Positions 45,430 to 58,430 of a stretch of 64,000 nt of DNA are shown here, piece after piece. Each line of letters begins with the position of its first letter. The first letter of the stretch is position 1. Location of the stretch: the NCBI RefSeq assembly GCF_011386835.1, contig NC_088797.1:33790001-33854000 (forward strand). The letters are read 5' to 3'. Under the pieces are notes generated by a model. The model saw nothing but the letters and a program-made list of their open reading frames with translations. It searched no databases and was not told the DNA's origin. The DNA comes from Chrysemys picta bellii (lineage: Eukaryota). Both the position numbers and the translations under genes were made by a program.

Positions 45430-46770
45430 TAAGAACATCCCATGCACTAAGTACACCTAAGAACGGCCATACTGGGTCAAACCCATAGGTCTATTTAGCT
45501 TCGTATCCTATTTTCCAACAGTGATTGCCAATGCAGGTACTTCAGAAGGAATGAACAGAACAGGTAATCATCAAAGGATCCATCGCCTATTGCCCATTCC
45601 CAGCTTTTGGCAAATGGGGGCTAGGGACACCATCCCTGCCCATCCTGATTAATAGCCATTGATGGACCTCCTCCATGAACTTAGCTATTGTATATAGTCG
45701 TTCATAAGCTGAATATTTTTGGTAAAAAAGTGATGCATCAAAGAGTGGGGGTCGGCTTGTAAACGGGTCTACACCAAAATTTGATAATTTTTAACTCCAT
45801 GGAATCATTGAATTGAGTATCTAATACATTGTCTTTTGCTTACCTAGAGTGTCTGCAGGCATGGAGCCCCTCAGTTCCCTGTGGCCGCGGTTTGCCCTTC
45901 CCAGCCAATGGGAGCTGCAGGAAGTGGCATGCCTTGCCGCTCCCATTGGCTGGGAATGGCGAACTGCGGCCAAAGGGAGCTGAGGGGCTCATGCCTGCAG
46001 ATGCTCCAAATAAACAAAACGTCCCGATCCACCTGCGGCTTACCCTGACTGCAGGGAGCCAAAGTTTGCCAACCCCTGAAATATAGGGTCGTCTTATGAA
46101 AAGGTCATACAGTTTTTGCTATTTTTACCTAACCATCTCGGGGGTTCAGCTTATAAATGAACAAGTATATACGGTAGTTCTTTTTTGAATTCTGTTATAG
46201 TATTGGCCTTCACAACATCCTCTGGCAAAGAATTCCACGGGTTACCTGTGTAGTGTGTGAAGAAATACTTCCTTTTGTTTGTTTTAAACTTGCTGCCTAT
46301 TAATTTCATTTGGTGACCCCTAGTTCTTGTGTTTATAAGGAGTTAATAACACTTCCTTACTTTCTCCACACCAGTCATGATTTTATAGACCTCTATGATA
46401 TTCCCCCTTTAGTCGTCTCTTTTCCAAGCTGAAGAGTCCTAGTCGTTAATCTCGCATCATACAGAAGCTGTTCCATACCCCTAATCATTTTTGTTGCCCT
46501 TTTCTGTATTTTTTCCAATTCCAATATATCTTTTTTTGAGATGGGGCGACCAGGTCTGCTTGCAGTATTCAAGATGTGGGCGTACTATGGATTTATATAA
46601 TGGTAATATATTTTCTATCTTCTTATATATCCATTTCCTAATGATTCCCAACATTCTTGTTAGTTTTTTTTTTTTTTGACTGCCACTGCACATTGAGTGG
46701 ATGTTTTCAGAGAACTATCCACAGTGACTCCATGATCTCTTTCTTGAGTGGTAACCGCTAATTTAGACCG
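45430..46770 (-). mobile_element. 5'-truncated CR1 LINE (ORF2 C-terminal remnant and 3'UTR)
   Basis: Minus-strand peptide RMLGIIRK..IENILPLYKSIVRPHLEYC.Q.WSPHLKK (46481-46693) is a CR1 ORF2 signature; AAGAAC tail remnants near 45430-45465. Confidence 0.85.
45688..46174. mobile_element. Tc1/pogo-type MITE inserted into the CR1
   Basis: TIRs TTGTATATAGTCGTTCATAAGCTG / CAGCTTATAAATGAACAAGTATATACGG, TA on both sides; CR1 sequence resumes after 46176. Confidence 0.7.
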
Positions 46771-47344
46771 CGACATTTTATACTCCAAGAAGCAGTATAG
46801 GTACCTACCACTCCTTCCTCTCTAAGCACAAACCTAAACTTGGCTTATGGGCAGTTGCTTTGTCATAGATATGCCACAAACTATAAACAAATGGAACTAC
46901 ATGTGCAACTCCAAATTTTACCCTATTTAGCATTGGGCCAAGTAGCATTAAACGGCTTGCTGCTAGCTGATACCTTTATGCTAGTATTGTGCCAATTAAG
47001 CAGCAGTCACTTCCACTCACTACCATTTGGCTAAATCTATTCCAATAAAGCAGTGTTAATAGTTCATAAGTACACAAGAAAAATCAGAAAGTAACACGTG
47101 ATCAATTAGGCTACCCATACCCAGCTTGAGTCCAGCTAAGAGAGCAAAACGGCTACCCTTCAGGAAACAGGAAGGCAATAGAACATAAATGTTGGCATTC
47201 ATGTGCAAGAATGAAATTAGGACTATGAATTTGAACAAATAACTAAAGGGTGTTTTTGTTGTTTAAGACAATGATAGCTGAAGCTGGAAATTAGTGGGGA
47301 TTTAAGCATGAAGTGGCTGAGCTGCTAGGAAAAAATGTACAATG

Positions 47345-47627
47345 CAGGGGTGGCCAAACTTACTGACCTTTCGAGGCACATACAACAATCTTCAGAAGTT
47401 CAAGAGCTAAGGCGGGAGGCACCTGCTGGGGCTCAGGGCTTCAGCTCCACTTCTACTGAAGCCCCAAGACCCCCTCCTTGCTGCAAGGCAGAGGTCCCGA
47501 GCTCCTCTCCCCTCCCCCCAAAGTCTGGTAGGTGGAGAATGGGTGGGGGAGGGTGGGTGTCTCTGTGAGCTTCACTTTAACTGTAAAAGAGCCGTATGCG
47601 GCTCGCAAGCCAGTTTGGCCACCGCTG
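47345..47627. mobile_element. hAT-type MITE
   Basis: TIRs CAGGGGTGGCCAAAC / GTTTGGCCACCGCTG; 8-bp TSD GTACAATG / GTATAATG. Confidence 0.85.
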
Positions 47628-47649
47628 GTATAATGCTTTATTAAAATCA

Positions 47650-48830
47650 TTTTTTTGGACTGGAGAATATTAAATAGTATACCTATGTTTGAAAAAAGGC
47701 TCTAGGGAGTTACCAATCAGTCAGTCTAATTTCTGTCTGGTAAATTAGTTGAAAGGATAATTTACTAAAATACCTAGATCATATTAAGATAGATTCCAAC
47801 CAATAAAGCTTCTCCAAAGAAAAATTCTCATTCAGCTATAAAAATTATTTGAATGTGTCAATAAGACAGTCATTGAAAGAGAAATGAGTGCTATACTTTG
47901 TTTTCAAAAGGCTGTTGACAAAGGCCCTCCCTGGAGGCTAATAAAGAAACTAGTGCTGATATGAGATGTGAAGTACCACCCTGAATCAAAAACTGGCTTA
48001 GAGTAGAAATAAATGGTAGTGTGGCCAGAGGTTGACAGTGCTGTGATCTGAGGTTCTGTATTAAGATGGGTGGTGGTAATATATTTATAAATGATTGGGA
48101 AAAGGAAGTGAGAAGCCACGTGGCAAAATTTACATATGACACAATGTTTTTAAGTCAGTAAAGACCAGAAAAGACTCTGAGGAACTGCAGAGGGTCCTAA
48201 CCATGCTAAGGGAGACGGCAACCTGATGCAAAGTAATGCATGTTAGGAGGGGAGTCTCTAAACTACTTCTGTATCTTACTAGATTGTAAATTAACTGTAT
48301 CCACTCGAGGAAAAGCCCAGGGCATCACTGTGGACACTGAAGACAACTGGTGAATGAACAGCAGCAGTCAAATAAGCAAACAAAATATAGGATGCATAAG
48401 GAATGTGACAGAACATATTCTATTGGCATTATGAATGGGTCATCCTCATCTGGACTACAGGGTGGTATTGGTTCTCATCTCATCTCCAGAGAGACAGCAG
48501 AATTAGAGGGGATTCAGAGACAGGGAAGGAGACTGATTAAGATGCTGGGAAAAAATACATATGAAGAGAGACTGAAAAAATTGGGACTGTTTAGTGAGAC
48601 ATGATAAAATTATATAAATAAATGACTGCCATAGAAAAGAGATCAGAAACTTCTATATTAATAACATCAGAACAAGAGGATAATCAAAATTGAAAGGTGG
48701 CAAATTAAAAGCTGATAAAAGGAAATACTTTTTCACACACACACACACACACTGCATCCCTTAGCCAGTGGAACTTATTGCTGAGAGTGGAGCAGCGTTC
48801 AGTAAGAGACTCGATGTTTATGTGGGCTGA
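47650..48830 (+). mobile_element. Decayed CR1 ORF2 (reverse transcriptase) fragments
   Basis: Remnants of PIFKKG...PVSL...GK near 47660-47760; EGIQR...YEERLKKLGLFS (ORF 48350-48604); CR1 3' sequence GATAAAAGGAAATACTTTTTCACACA. Confidence 0.75.
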
Positions 48831-48964
48831 TGCTCTCACCCTTCCAACTATGGAGATCTATGTATCAGGAACGTGTGTCAGCATATCCTTCCAAGCTGGA
48901 AAGCATGCCCAAGTCAGTCAGCAGATGGAGCACAGCATGCAGGACCCAGGTTGAGTGAGTAGAT

Positions 48965-49291
48965 CAGTGGTCCCTAACCTTTTTTGTCTGGCAGCGCCAG
49001 ACGACGAGCCACAGAGGACCATGGCGGCGGACGAGCATCTGCTGAAATGCCGCTGACAAGCGGCAACATCAATAGGTGTCGCTGCCGAAATGCCGCCGAG
49101 AAGCAGAGTCCTCCAGAGGCATCGCCACCGAAATGCCAAAAATCGGCAGCATTTCGGCGGTGACGCCTCTGGAGGATGCTGCTTCTCGGTGGCATTTCAG
49201 GCGGATGCTCGGCTGCTGGCCAGTACGTGGGCGCACTTAGACGCCCCAGCGGGCACCCTGGCACCCACAGGCACCGCGTTACAGACCCCTG
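48965..49291. mobile_element. GC-rich hAT-type MITE
   Basis: TIRs CAGTGGTCCCTAAC / GTTACAGACCCCTG; 8-bp TSD GAGTAGAT / GGGTAGAT; internal GCCGAAATGCC repeats. Confidence 0.8.
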
Positions 49292-52200
49292 GGGTAGATG
49301 GACAGATGTGTTGGGTGCATCCTAAACCCTCAGGGTGTGTCATATGACTTGTCCCCAAACACTGGCTCCACTCTGGTGGGTGAGGAGTAGGGCAAAATCA
49401 AAAACCCCCTCTCCCTGAGAGGTGTGAAGAGCATAGTAGGTGGATGGGGCAATGGAAGTGCTTATGGCAAAGATAACTGTCCAGACTCTCAAAGTGACTG
49501 AGGTGCAGGGGGAGACTGGGATATTAGGACAGCATATACAGACTCCATTCCCATCCTCCCCCCTGGCTGGGGCTTGGTGGCACAGAACAACTCCAAGAGA
49601 CAGACTCAGGCTGAGAAAGCAAATCCTAGTGTATGCGCAATATGCCTCAGGTGGCCAGGCTTCACCAAATTTGGTCTGCTGGTTGGATCATTAACTGGCC
49701 TGGATCATGTGACTGCTAATCCATGCCCCTTGGAAAGCACTGATGTAACTGCCCACCTGAATATTTTTGTTGGTTTTGCAGTTTGGCTTCACCAGGGCCA
49801 AATACTCTACCCTGCCTGCACACTTTTAGATGGCAGAGGAAGCTTGGCATACATAGTCTGCTCTGCACAGCTCCAAACCTGGGACACAGCTACCTTTCCG
49901 CATTCAGCAGAAAATCCCCCCTGCACCCATTAGCTCCTAGTCCTCCTTCAACAGAGGGATTCCCTGCTCCTCAGTGTACGTGTATGGCCCATTTAGCACA
50001 GAGAGCTCTCCATAACCAGATGAAATTGCAACTTCCCAGTGTACTTTAATTTCCCATGCCAATAACAAGAGCATTAGGGTTATAATCCCATTCCCAAAGC
50101 AGGCCTTGGATTGAAAACCTGAGTGCTTCTGAAAAGGAATGGAGGAGAGGGGGAATGGTGGGTTCCTGAGAGAACTTTTCACCCTGCAAACTCCCAGTGG
50201 GAAGATGAGGTGTTAACAGTCCCGCTGCTATCACTGGTCTTCTGGCCCGTGGAGGGGATGAATACCTAGCTTAACCTTAATACTCCTCAGGATTGAGTTT
50301 CCCTCCACCATACTCTCTAAACCTCCCACCACTGTGGTTCAACCCAAGGGGAAGTTAATTACAAGCCCCACCAGCTGCAGAGGAAGCAATGAGGCCTGTA
50401 AAGGCCATGCTCTGATTGGCTGCCGATTATGTCAAAGCCCAAATCTTTGGGAGAAAGGAGAGCACGTAGATGTGGGACCCTGCACTTCAGTCATTTACAC
50501 CAGTGCAAAGTCCTAGCACATCACAGCAGCAGCATTCTGCACCCTGCTGGTACTGGTGTCAGAGACCACACAGCCCCCTCTTTCTCCAAAGAGTAGATGG
50601 TAGGAATCCAGCTGCCTCTATGTGGCATTCAATTGAGAAAGGGGGATTTTCACACCAAGTCTGGCTGCTTATTTTTTGTCTAAATGGGAGCTGCATACTT
50701 TAGAAAAAAACTCTGCCTGCCAGTCACTATCAAACACCTGAAAATCTGCCTCCCAGTATTTAAATGCATTAACAAAAGGAGATCCAAGCAAGGGGAAAGA
50801 AGTGCATCTTTTGCAAGATAGCTGCCTGGGGGGAGTGAAGGCATATTTAGGCCTGAGAGAAGCCTGCTGTGGATTTTAAATGTCTGGTCTGATAACATTT
50901 AACAGCATAAGTAGAACTGTGTATGTGTAAGAAATTGTAAAATAATAATGTTTGTAAGAACAAGAAAAAATAAGTAACTAAAAAGCTAGAAAAGATCGGT
51001 TTGAACTAACACCAAACTTGTTCTGCCCGTGGAAGGGAGTTAACCTGGAAATGAGAGCCTAACACAGATGTATAAGAAAAAATAAAAACTTATTTATGTT
51101 TGTGTAATAGAGGGAAGTTGAAACTGTATTGTCCACTTCTGAAGGCGACTATGATGAGATCAACCTGATGATCTTCCCACTTGTAACTGATCACTACTTG
51201 CTGAGTATTTTGCCTTAATAAAGATTTTAGCTCCATCTGCTGAGTAAGTGAATCTTAATCCACTACCACCCAGCCTAGCAATCATGAGAGGGCATTAATA
51301 CTTGAGCTAAAAATAGCCCTTCTATTGGCTCAAAACCACCAGACTATGCAAGAAACTACACACTGCCCTCTCTTGCCTGTAAAGGGTTAGCAATGAGCTT
51401 ATATCAAGTCTGCTCCTTTGTCAGCCACACAGATTTTCAATGAGCGTAGCTGCTGTGGGTGCAAGCTTCTGCCAAAACAGGAAAAGAGAGAATAGATCAC
51501 ACTTGGGGTTCATCTACTCCAGAATCTTGTCTCCAAGAGCAGACAACAGCAGACAGTTCAGGGAAAGGAAATCTGCAGTAGGCAGTGATGGGATAACTGC
51601 CTCCCTGTAGTTAGAAGTTGGCTTGTGTCCTCATTGCTTCCAAAACACCTGCTTATTTTTAATGTCTTTTCTAATTCTGGTTATTCTCATTAGCTATGTA
51701 AGTGTCTGATATCCTGAATCCTGCAGAGCTTATGGCCTCAATGCTGTCAAGTGGGAATGAGTTATATAGGCTAGTTCTACATTATCTGGTGGCTTGCAAG
51801 AAGTGAACTGTGGTGGAATTCAGTCCCCCATCACTTAAAGCTGCAAATAGAAATTGGACATATCTTTTTAAAAGCTATGCTTTAGCTCAACCCTAAGCAA
51901 TTGGGCTTGATGTAGAAATCACTAGGTGTGGTTCTCTGGGTTGTAAAATGCCAGTCAAATTAGATGATCAGAGTGGCCACCTCTAGTATGAACATTCATG
52001 AACCGAGCAGGTGCCTGCATGAGCAAAACCAACACAATTGTCACTCACTTGTCAGTTTCTTAGCCCAAATGCTGACTCTAAATATGAGTACTCTGAATGC
52101 AATATTGAGGGGCTCCTCCCACTCCAGCTATTTGACAGTAACCCACATCTGTAACTCATAATGTTTCACAGGGAGGAGAAGGGCTATTGTCTACTGCGTA

Positions 52201-54189
52201 ACCTTGTACCTCACGGTGTGTGTTTTCTGCAAGGGTGGAGTCTTTCTTGAAAGCAAGCAGCATTATTATTAATAAAACTCATTGCAAGAGCAGCTAGAGG
52301 CTAACCAGCTCAGTCTCAACATGCTAGGCACTGTGCAAACAATTGTGTATTGTAGGAGCAGCTAGGGACCCCAGCATAGTAAGCACTGTATAAACACACC
52401 ACATAAAGAGAGGCCCCGCAGTAAAGGACTTATAAGGAGACATGGCAAACAGAAGGCAGCATGATAAGCAGCAGTCACAGCATCACACTTGCCTAATGTT
52501 GAACTTCTTGTACATTGCATGGCAGAGGAGAGCTTTAAGGAAGGGCTGTGAAAGATGACATAAGTGTTGAATGTTTACAGAAAATGCACAAAGAGCTTAG
52601 GTCCACACATCAACAGTATTTGAGGATCCACACCTTATTTTTGTTGCCCTAATGTAGCCAGCTAGGCAGTGATCACTAGCTACATAAGAAGGAAGTTTTT
52701 GGTATGTGTTAGTTGGAGGATAAGGGGATGATGGCTTTACAGATTTGGATGGGGAGCTTTTCCCCAGAGGAAAAGGGCAGCATAGGCCAATGCACAAAAG
52801 TGATGGTGTGAGAGAGGGAATTTAAAACACGAGATTAGAGGAATGTAGAAAATGGCCTCAGATGGGAGCTGTTGAGGCTTGCCCTATTTCTGTTTTCCTA
52901 CTCATTTCTTCACTAGACTAGATTAGGTAGCTAGATTTGAGGACATCAGGGATCTTGAGACAGGGTGGCGGCAGCAGGAAACCCCACCCCCAGGAAGAGA
53001 ACCAGCTACAATGGCCCACTCAGCAGGCCACAAGGAAGCAAGATTCAGTAGCAGGATGGCTATGAGGCAGCTTTGGATAAGTTCAAAAAGCTAACAAAGT
53101 ACAAGGGGAAAAAAAAACCCTCCTCATTCTAAGCCTACACCAGCTCAACTGCTGTGTTTCTTCACTGAGCAGATAAGGCCCTTCTATGTCACCTTCAGAC
53201 ATCAGAAGTTAACAGGTAAGGTACCTGACTGAGAAAGCAACTGCTGTGAGTGTACCTCCATGTACTCAGCTGGGAATGCACATCAAAAGCATTTCTTGTA
53301 CCCACACTATTGTGCAGGATCTCACTCAGGCATTTACCCAGCTCAGGAGCTTTTCCTCTTTTGCAACTAGATCATAACCTGCCACAAGCCACCTCCTCAC
53401 CCGGCTTTCCTTGCAGACTACAGATTTGATTATAGAGTGGTGCTAGTAAGACAGTCAGAGTAGACTAAACTAGATGGAAATAGATTTGTTCAGGCACCTC
53501 CAACTCTGAACTTGGCTCATGCCCTTCAAGTTTATCAAAAGAGACATACAGCAGCTTCTCTCTTCAGAGGGATTTGACAGAGCTGGGCTGACAGCAGCAG
53601 GGTTGCTGCTACAGAGATCTACTTACCTCCTTGTATCTTTTTCAAACTGCAACTTCTACAACAAGAGGAAACTGCTGAGAAGCAGTGAGATCAGCCTGTG
53701 GCTCTTTCCCCATGCAGCATAGACCCTATACAACCCTGAAGAGGGAATTCCACATCAAAGCAGCATGAATAAGGTTGTAAGTCCTGCAACAGCTGACTGC
53801 TGAGAAATTCCTGCCTACTGTTGCCTCTTAAAGGGTATAGCTTAGACCTAGATGATACTCAGAGGTGAACTGGAAGGGACTAATGCATAATCCCATGGCT
53901 GAGGACTCTGGAGACCTGAGTTCAATTGCCAATTCAGCTACAAATTTTTCCTACTGTTACTGAGTCCCTACTCCTGCCCCTTGTCTTGTCTATTTAGACT
54001 AATCTTTTGATAGCTATATGTATTTACAGTGCACACCACAATGGGACCCCCACTGTCCTTTGAAGTTCCAGGCACTACTATAATAGTGGCTTAAGTATGC
54101 GGTCTTGAACTGTTTCATTCCATAAAATCACTCCCACAAGCTTAGACCAGTGCACCATGCATGGTTCTGGTTTACACAAGACACAAGTA

Positions 54190-54813
54190 TACTCTCATCT
54201 GTTACAAGTGTTTATTTTGCTGGAAAAAGAGAGGTGGTCAAACGATGCTAAACTTCAGAGAGAAGGAGAGTTACAGGTTATATTCCAAAAATAATGGTGG
54301 GGCAGAAGAGACGACTCCAGACTGCAGGCTAGAACTAAGGGTGGCAGGCTTCGCAATACTACGTTAAGATATATTTCATAGTTAACTAAGACTGGTTATT
54401 CACCTTTAAAAACAAATATACTATTAAATAGGCAAGCTACAAACTGAACTGCAAGAGGAAGACAGTAATCCCAAGCATGTCTCCAAAAAAGAGTAAACTA
54501 GCACTGCAACTACTCTAGCTCAAAAGCTGGGCTTAAATTGGATAAAGGGTACTAAGGTCCCAAAGAGCAGCAAAGAATAATGGCTCTAGGGTCATGGGAA
54601 AATAAAAGGCCAAAAAATTATTCAAAGCAATTTCTGAAAAATAGAAAAAGGAAGTTAAGTTACTTTTCACTACACTTTGAAGAGAGACAAATGTCCATTA
54701 AGAGTAAATGCATTAGCCGTGATCAGTATGCTTTGAAGCCCAGCACAGTTTGACACGTACGATATAGATTTCACGTGCAACAGGAACCCGACGTCCAGCC
54801 GCACATATCCTAC
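54190..54813 (-). other. RBM4: Probable 3'UTR terminal exon of RBM4 copy B
   Basis: Acceptor tttttatctttcag|GTAGGATATG at 54813; AATAAA (minus strand) at 54211-54216; pairs with the donor GAG|gtgaga at 58424/58423, 7 nt after the stop. The 3' end is approximate. Confidence 0.65.
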
Positions 54814-57800
54814 CTGAAAGATAAAAAGCACAATTCATTCAAAGGCCTAAAGACAGATTTCTGCCCTCAAATACACTCAGGCCACCTTGAGTCTCCTGTA
54901 CAAAGAAGAGGTGCATTTCCTAGAGAAAAAGTCAACCTATCTGTTCCTGAAAGTCACAAAAATCAACATGAGAAACTCTTAATGGTTATGGCATTATTGA
55001 GGTTCCAGTTTCCAAGCTCTGTATTAATTGGGTCCAAAACCAAAGACAGAAAATTGGGCTTCATGTTTACTTCTTGGTCTTGGCTGTGGTTTGGTCAAAC
55101 AAGTTCAGGCTTTTGCTTTTACCGCAAAGAGCTGCTCCTTTATAGAATTCATTGCATTTATAGAGAAAACCACTTCATGTGTAATTATACTCCATTTATT
55201 TCCTCTGTTAGAGGCAACTGTATGGAAACTGACCTCCAAACTCTGAAAAACTCTGAAGATTATATTTGTAAGGGAATGGGTCCTTAATGACCAATGACTG
55301 AGTTTTGAAAAAAGTTACTCCAGAGCATGTGCAGGCAGCCCTCCCATACTGGAATCCATTTCAAGTTCTTTCAGTTAAAAGATTTAAGTTTCTAATTTTT
55401 AAGACAGCCTTCCTAATCTGACCAGTACAGCATATCTCTGAGTCCACAGGCAGATCTAGTGGTTTTGCTGATGCTCATCATTTTGCCAAGCAGCAAAACA
55501 AAATTAACTAAAACCGATTCTGTTCATAGCTGCTGTTCAGAACTCCTTAGGCAGAGCTAGGAAGCCAACAACCAAGTCAGTTTCACTTTATAGCTGCTTG
55601 GCAAAGCAAACACCACAGCAGGGCCTGGAGCAGCAGAATCTTCATCCTGGCCCTTCCCTACCAACAGCCAGCTGGTGTGGGGAGAAGAGAAAACTCCTTT
55701 TTCCAGTAGTTAGAGGGCAATGGAGCACCAAGCCAACTTGACCTCTAATAGCCAGAGCCGGATACCGAAGACCTAATGTTCACATGGGGCCCAGGATGGA
55801 CATCCTGATTAAAATCCCTGTGCCTGCCCCCTCTACTGGGGTGACAAGAAGAGCACAGAGGGCTTCCATCAGTACATTGACCTGGTCCTTTACAACAGGA
55901 CCTACTTCTAGGTGGCAGGGAAGATTTTTTCCAAGGACAGAGAGTAGTTCTGCTTCTTAGAATGTACCTAAACAAAGTTTTATAGGAGGCATCTGCTGTG
56001 CTGTAGCTATTGGTATGAGTGGGCCAATTAAACAATCACTGTAGTTTAATACAGTTAAGTGTAGCATTCAAGTTATGGCATTAACAAAATCCTGTTCAAA
56101 TATCTTCTCTGAAATGCAGTAGCATCAAGACCTCCAGCCCATTTAGAAGCTCATCTTCTTGCTGTGGATCTACCTTTCCAGAACATGGACTAAAAATAGC
56201 TCCCCAGGTTGAGGTTGTTCTTGCTCACAATTCAAAGACCGCTTGAATTAAACAAGAAGAGAGAGAATTAAGAAATCAGATAGCTCAGTCTCCAGAAGAT
56301 TTTGGGTGAAGTCTTCAAAAGCACTAAAATGGCATAGGAACCCAAATCAACAGGGGTTAGGCACTTTTGAAAATTTTACCTTTTGGCCTTTAAACAATGT
56401 CCAAGAAATTTAGGTTTAAAAACCCCATTTACTTTACACAAGGTTTCTTTTAATAAAGTTTAAAGTGCCCGAGGACCCTACTTACTTGCAGAAACTGCTT
56501 CCTGAACACAGACTCTCAGCAGCTGACTTTAGGGATTAAGGGTAAAATGTTCCAAAGTGCCTAATTGATTTAGGAGCCTAAATCCCAACAGACATGGTGT
56601 CTTGTATTCAGCTTGGTGTCTTCTTGCACTGAAATGGAAACTTATTACAAGATTCATTGCAACCCTACATGAACCTAACTGCTAATGCACTTTTGAGAGA
56701 GGATGCAGAATGGCCTACTCAGTGGGGGAATCAATAGATAACTCTCCAATGCAATACAACAAAAGCAACCCCTGGAAATGCACTGCCTGGGCCTCTTTTG
56801 CTGTAATCAGATGGGTCATTGAAGAACAAAATGCTACTACCTGGCTAAACTCAGCTCAGAGTACAATGCTGTTATTTGAGTCAGAAACTTCTGCTCTCTC
56901 TCATTACTTTTACATTTGAACCCTGGCCACATGCAAGAGGAGCCCTGGGAGATTCCCAGGTCCTTCCCGCTAGGAGTGGTGCAATGACAAGGCGAGAACC
57001 TTCATGCAAGGTGAGCTGAGTGAAGAATCCAACCCTGTAAAGTGAAGTCCCTCCCACGACAACAGACTGGTAGGAGAACTGGACACACCAGCTACACCTG
57101 GTGTGTAAAAGGGGGCTCAGATTTAAGCTGAGAATTCTAATCCTTCATCACCTTTCAAATCCTCTGGCCCCTCCTAGGTCACCTACTATCACTGGAGGCC
57201 ATGCCACAAGCTTCCAACTGTTTAAACTGAGACAAGTTAAAGCAGTTGTGGGTGAATGCTCCTGTTCCTCGGAAGCAGGCATTATGGTAAACAGGATGCT
57301 CGTTGGCAGGAACGAACAAGACAGTGACCATTGTCCTCAATGTAAGACATTCTCCTGACTCTCAGCAACTTGCAAGCTCCAAATATTATTTTGTGAACAG
57401 TATTTGTGGTAGTTCAGACCAGTAAGACAGTGCCCCTGCCCTGAAGGCTTTAACTTCCCAACTCATCTCTGCTCCTGAAGTCCCAAGAGGAGCAGACAAG
57501 TGCCAGTAACTTCTTTCATCTTTGACTCGTTCAGCGCATGTGCCCTCCCCCTTCCTAAATTAGACTACTATAGCTCCCTCTCTGTGGGGGCTCCCACAAG
57601 GCCATTGGGAAGCTTCATCTAGTACAGAAGAGACTGCTCAGAGGAAACTAGACCCACGCTCCACACAATAGTTGTAAGTCATTTCACCTGGAAATTCGTG
57701 CTCACTGCAAGTTACAATGCCCTAGATATTCTGGGTCCTAAATAGCTCCCCACAACATCACATCCCAGTACAGGAGTTTGAAGGAACACCACCGCAAAGG

Positions 57801-58430
57801 GGGGGGAGGGGGCGCAGAGCTCTCAACAACCCTCTCATCATAAAGCTGAGCTTATTCTTAGAGTATAGTGACAACTGTAATCATGCTCTGGCCTTTAACT
57901 GCAGGAATCCCCTTGACAATTAATCCCCTGGCTGTATCCCCATAATTCCATTCCTGGTCTTATTAATGTAGCTGTACAGTAGCAGCATAGGTAATATAAA
58001 ACATGCTCTATTTGGGGGGAAATGTTCCAAGCCCTACATGTACACCTGTTTCAGTTATATGCACAATGCACTAGATTCTCTGGTGACAGATACCTCAGAA
58101 AAACATGCGTTATTTCTGGACTTGACTCAGTTTACATTTCATTCTTACATCCTGGCTTTGGAAAATGTCTACTTCCAAGTAAAAGGCCTGATGTATGATT
58201 GATTTAAAATCCTAACAAGGGTCAAAGCTTTGCCAAATGCCTGACAAGTGAAATTCAGAGTTTAATAGGTGTAAGGCACTTTTTGCTAGCATCCAGTGAT
58301 ACAGGGCCAAATGTGCCCCTGTAGCACCATGTATGTTACATACTTAGAACCTAGGAAGAGGATCCCCATGTCCTCAAAGTATCAGGACAAAAAACGATGA
58401 ACTAGACCGGAAAGTGCTCTCACCTCCGAC

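Noticed and set aside
51000-51270. LTR-like 3' segment (AATAAA at 51217, ending near CA)
   Set aside because: Could not define the 5' boundary or a target-site duplication.
53621-53657. 29-nt minus-strand exon-like segment with a GAG|GTAAGT donor
   Set aside because: It lies beyond the predicted RBM4 poly(A) site with no partner exons; such matches occur by chance in 64 kb.
54775-55287. 170-aa + strand ORF
   Set aside because: Antisense to the RBM4 3' intron/exon boundary, no recognisable domain, composition like non-coding DNA.
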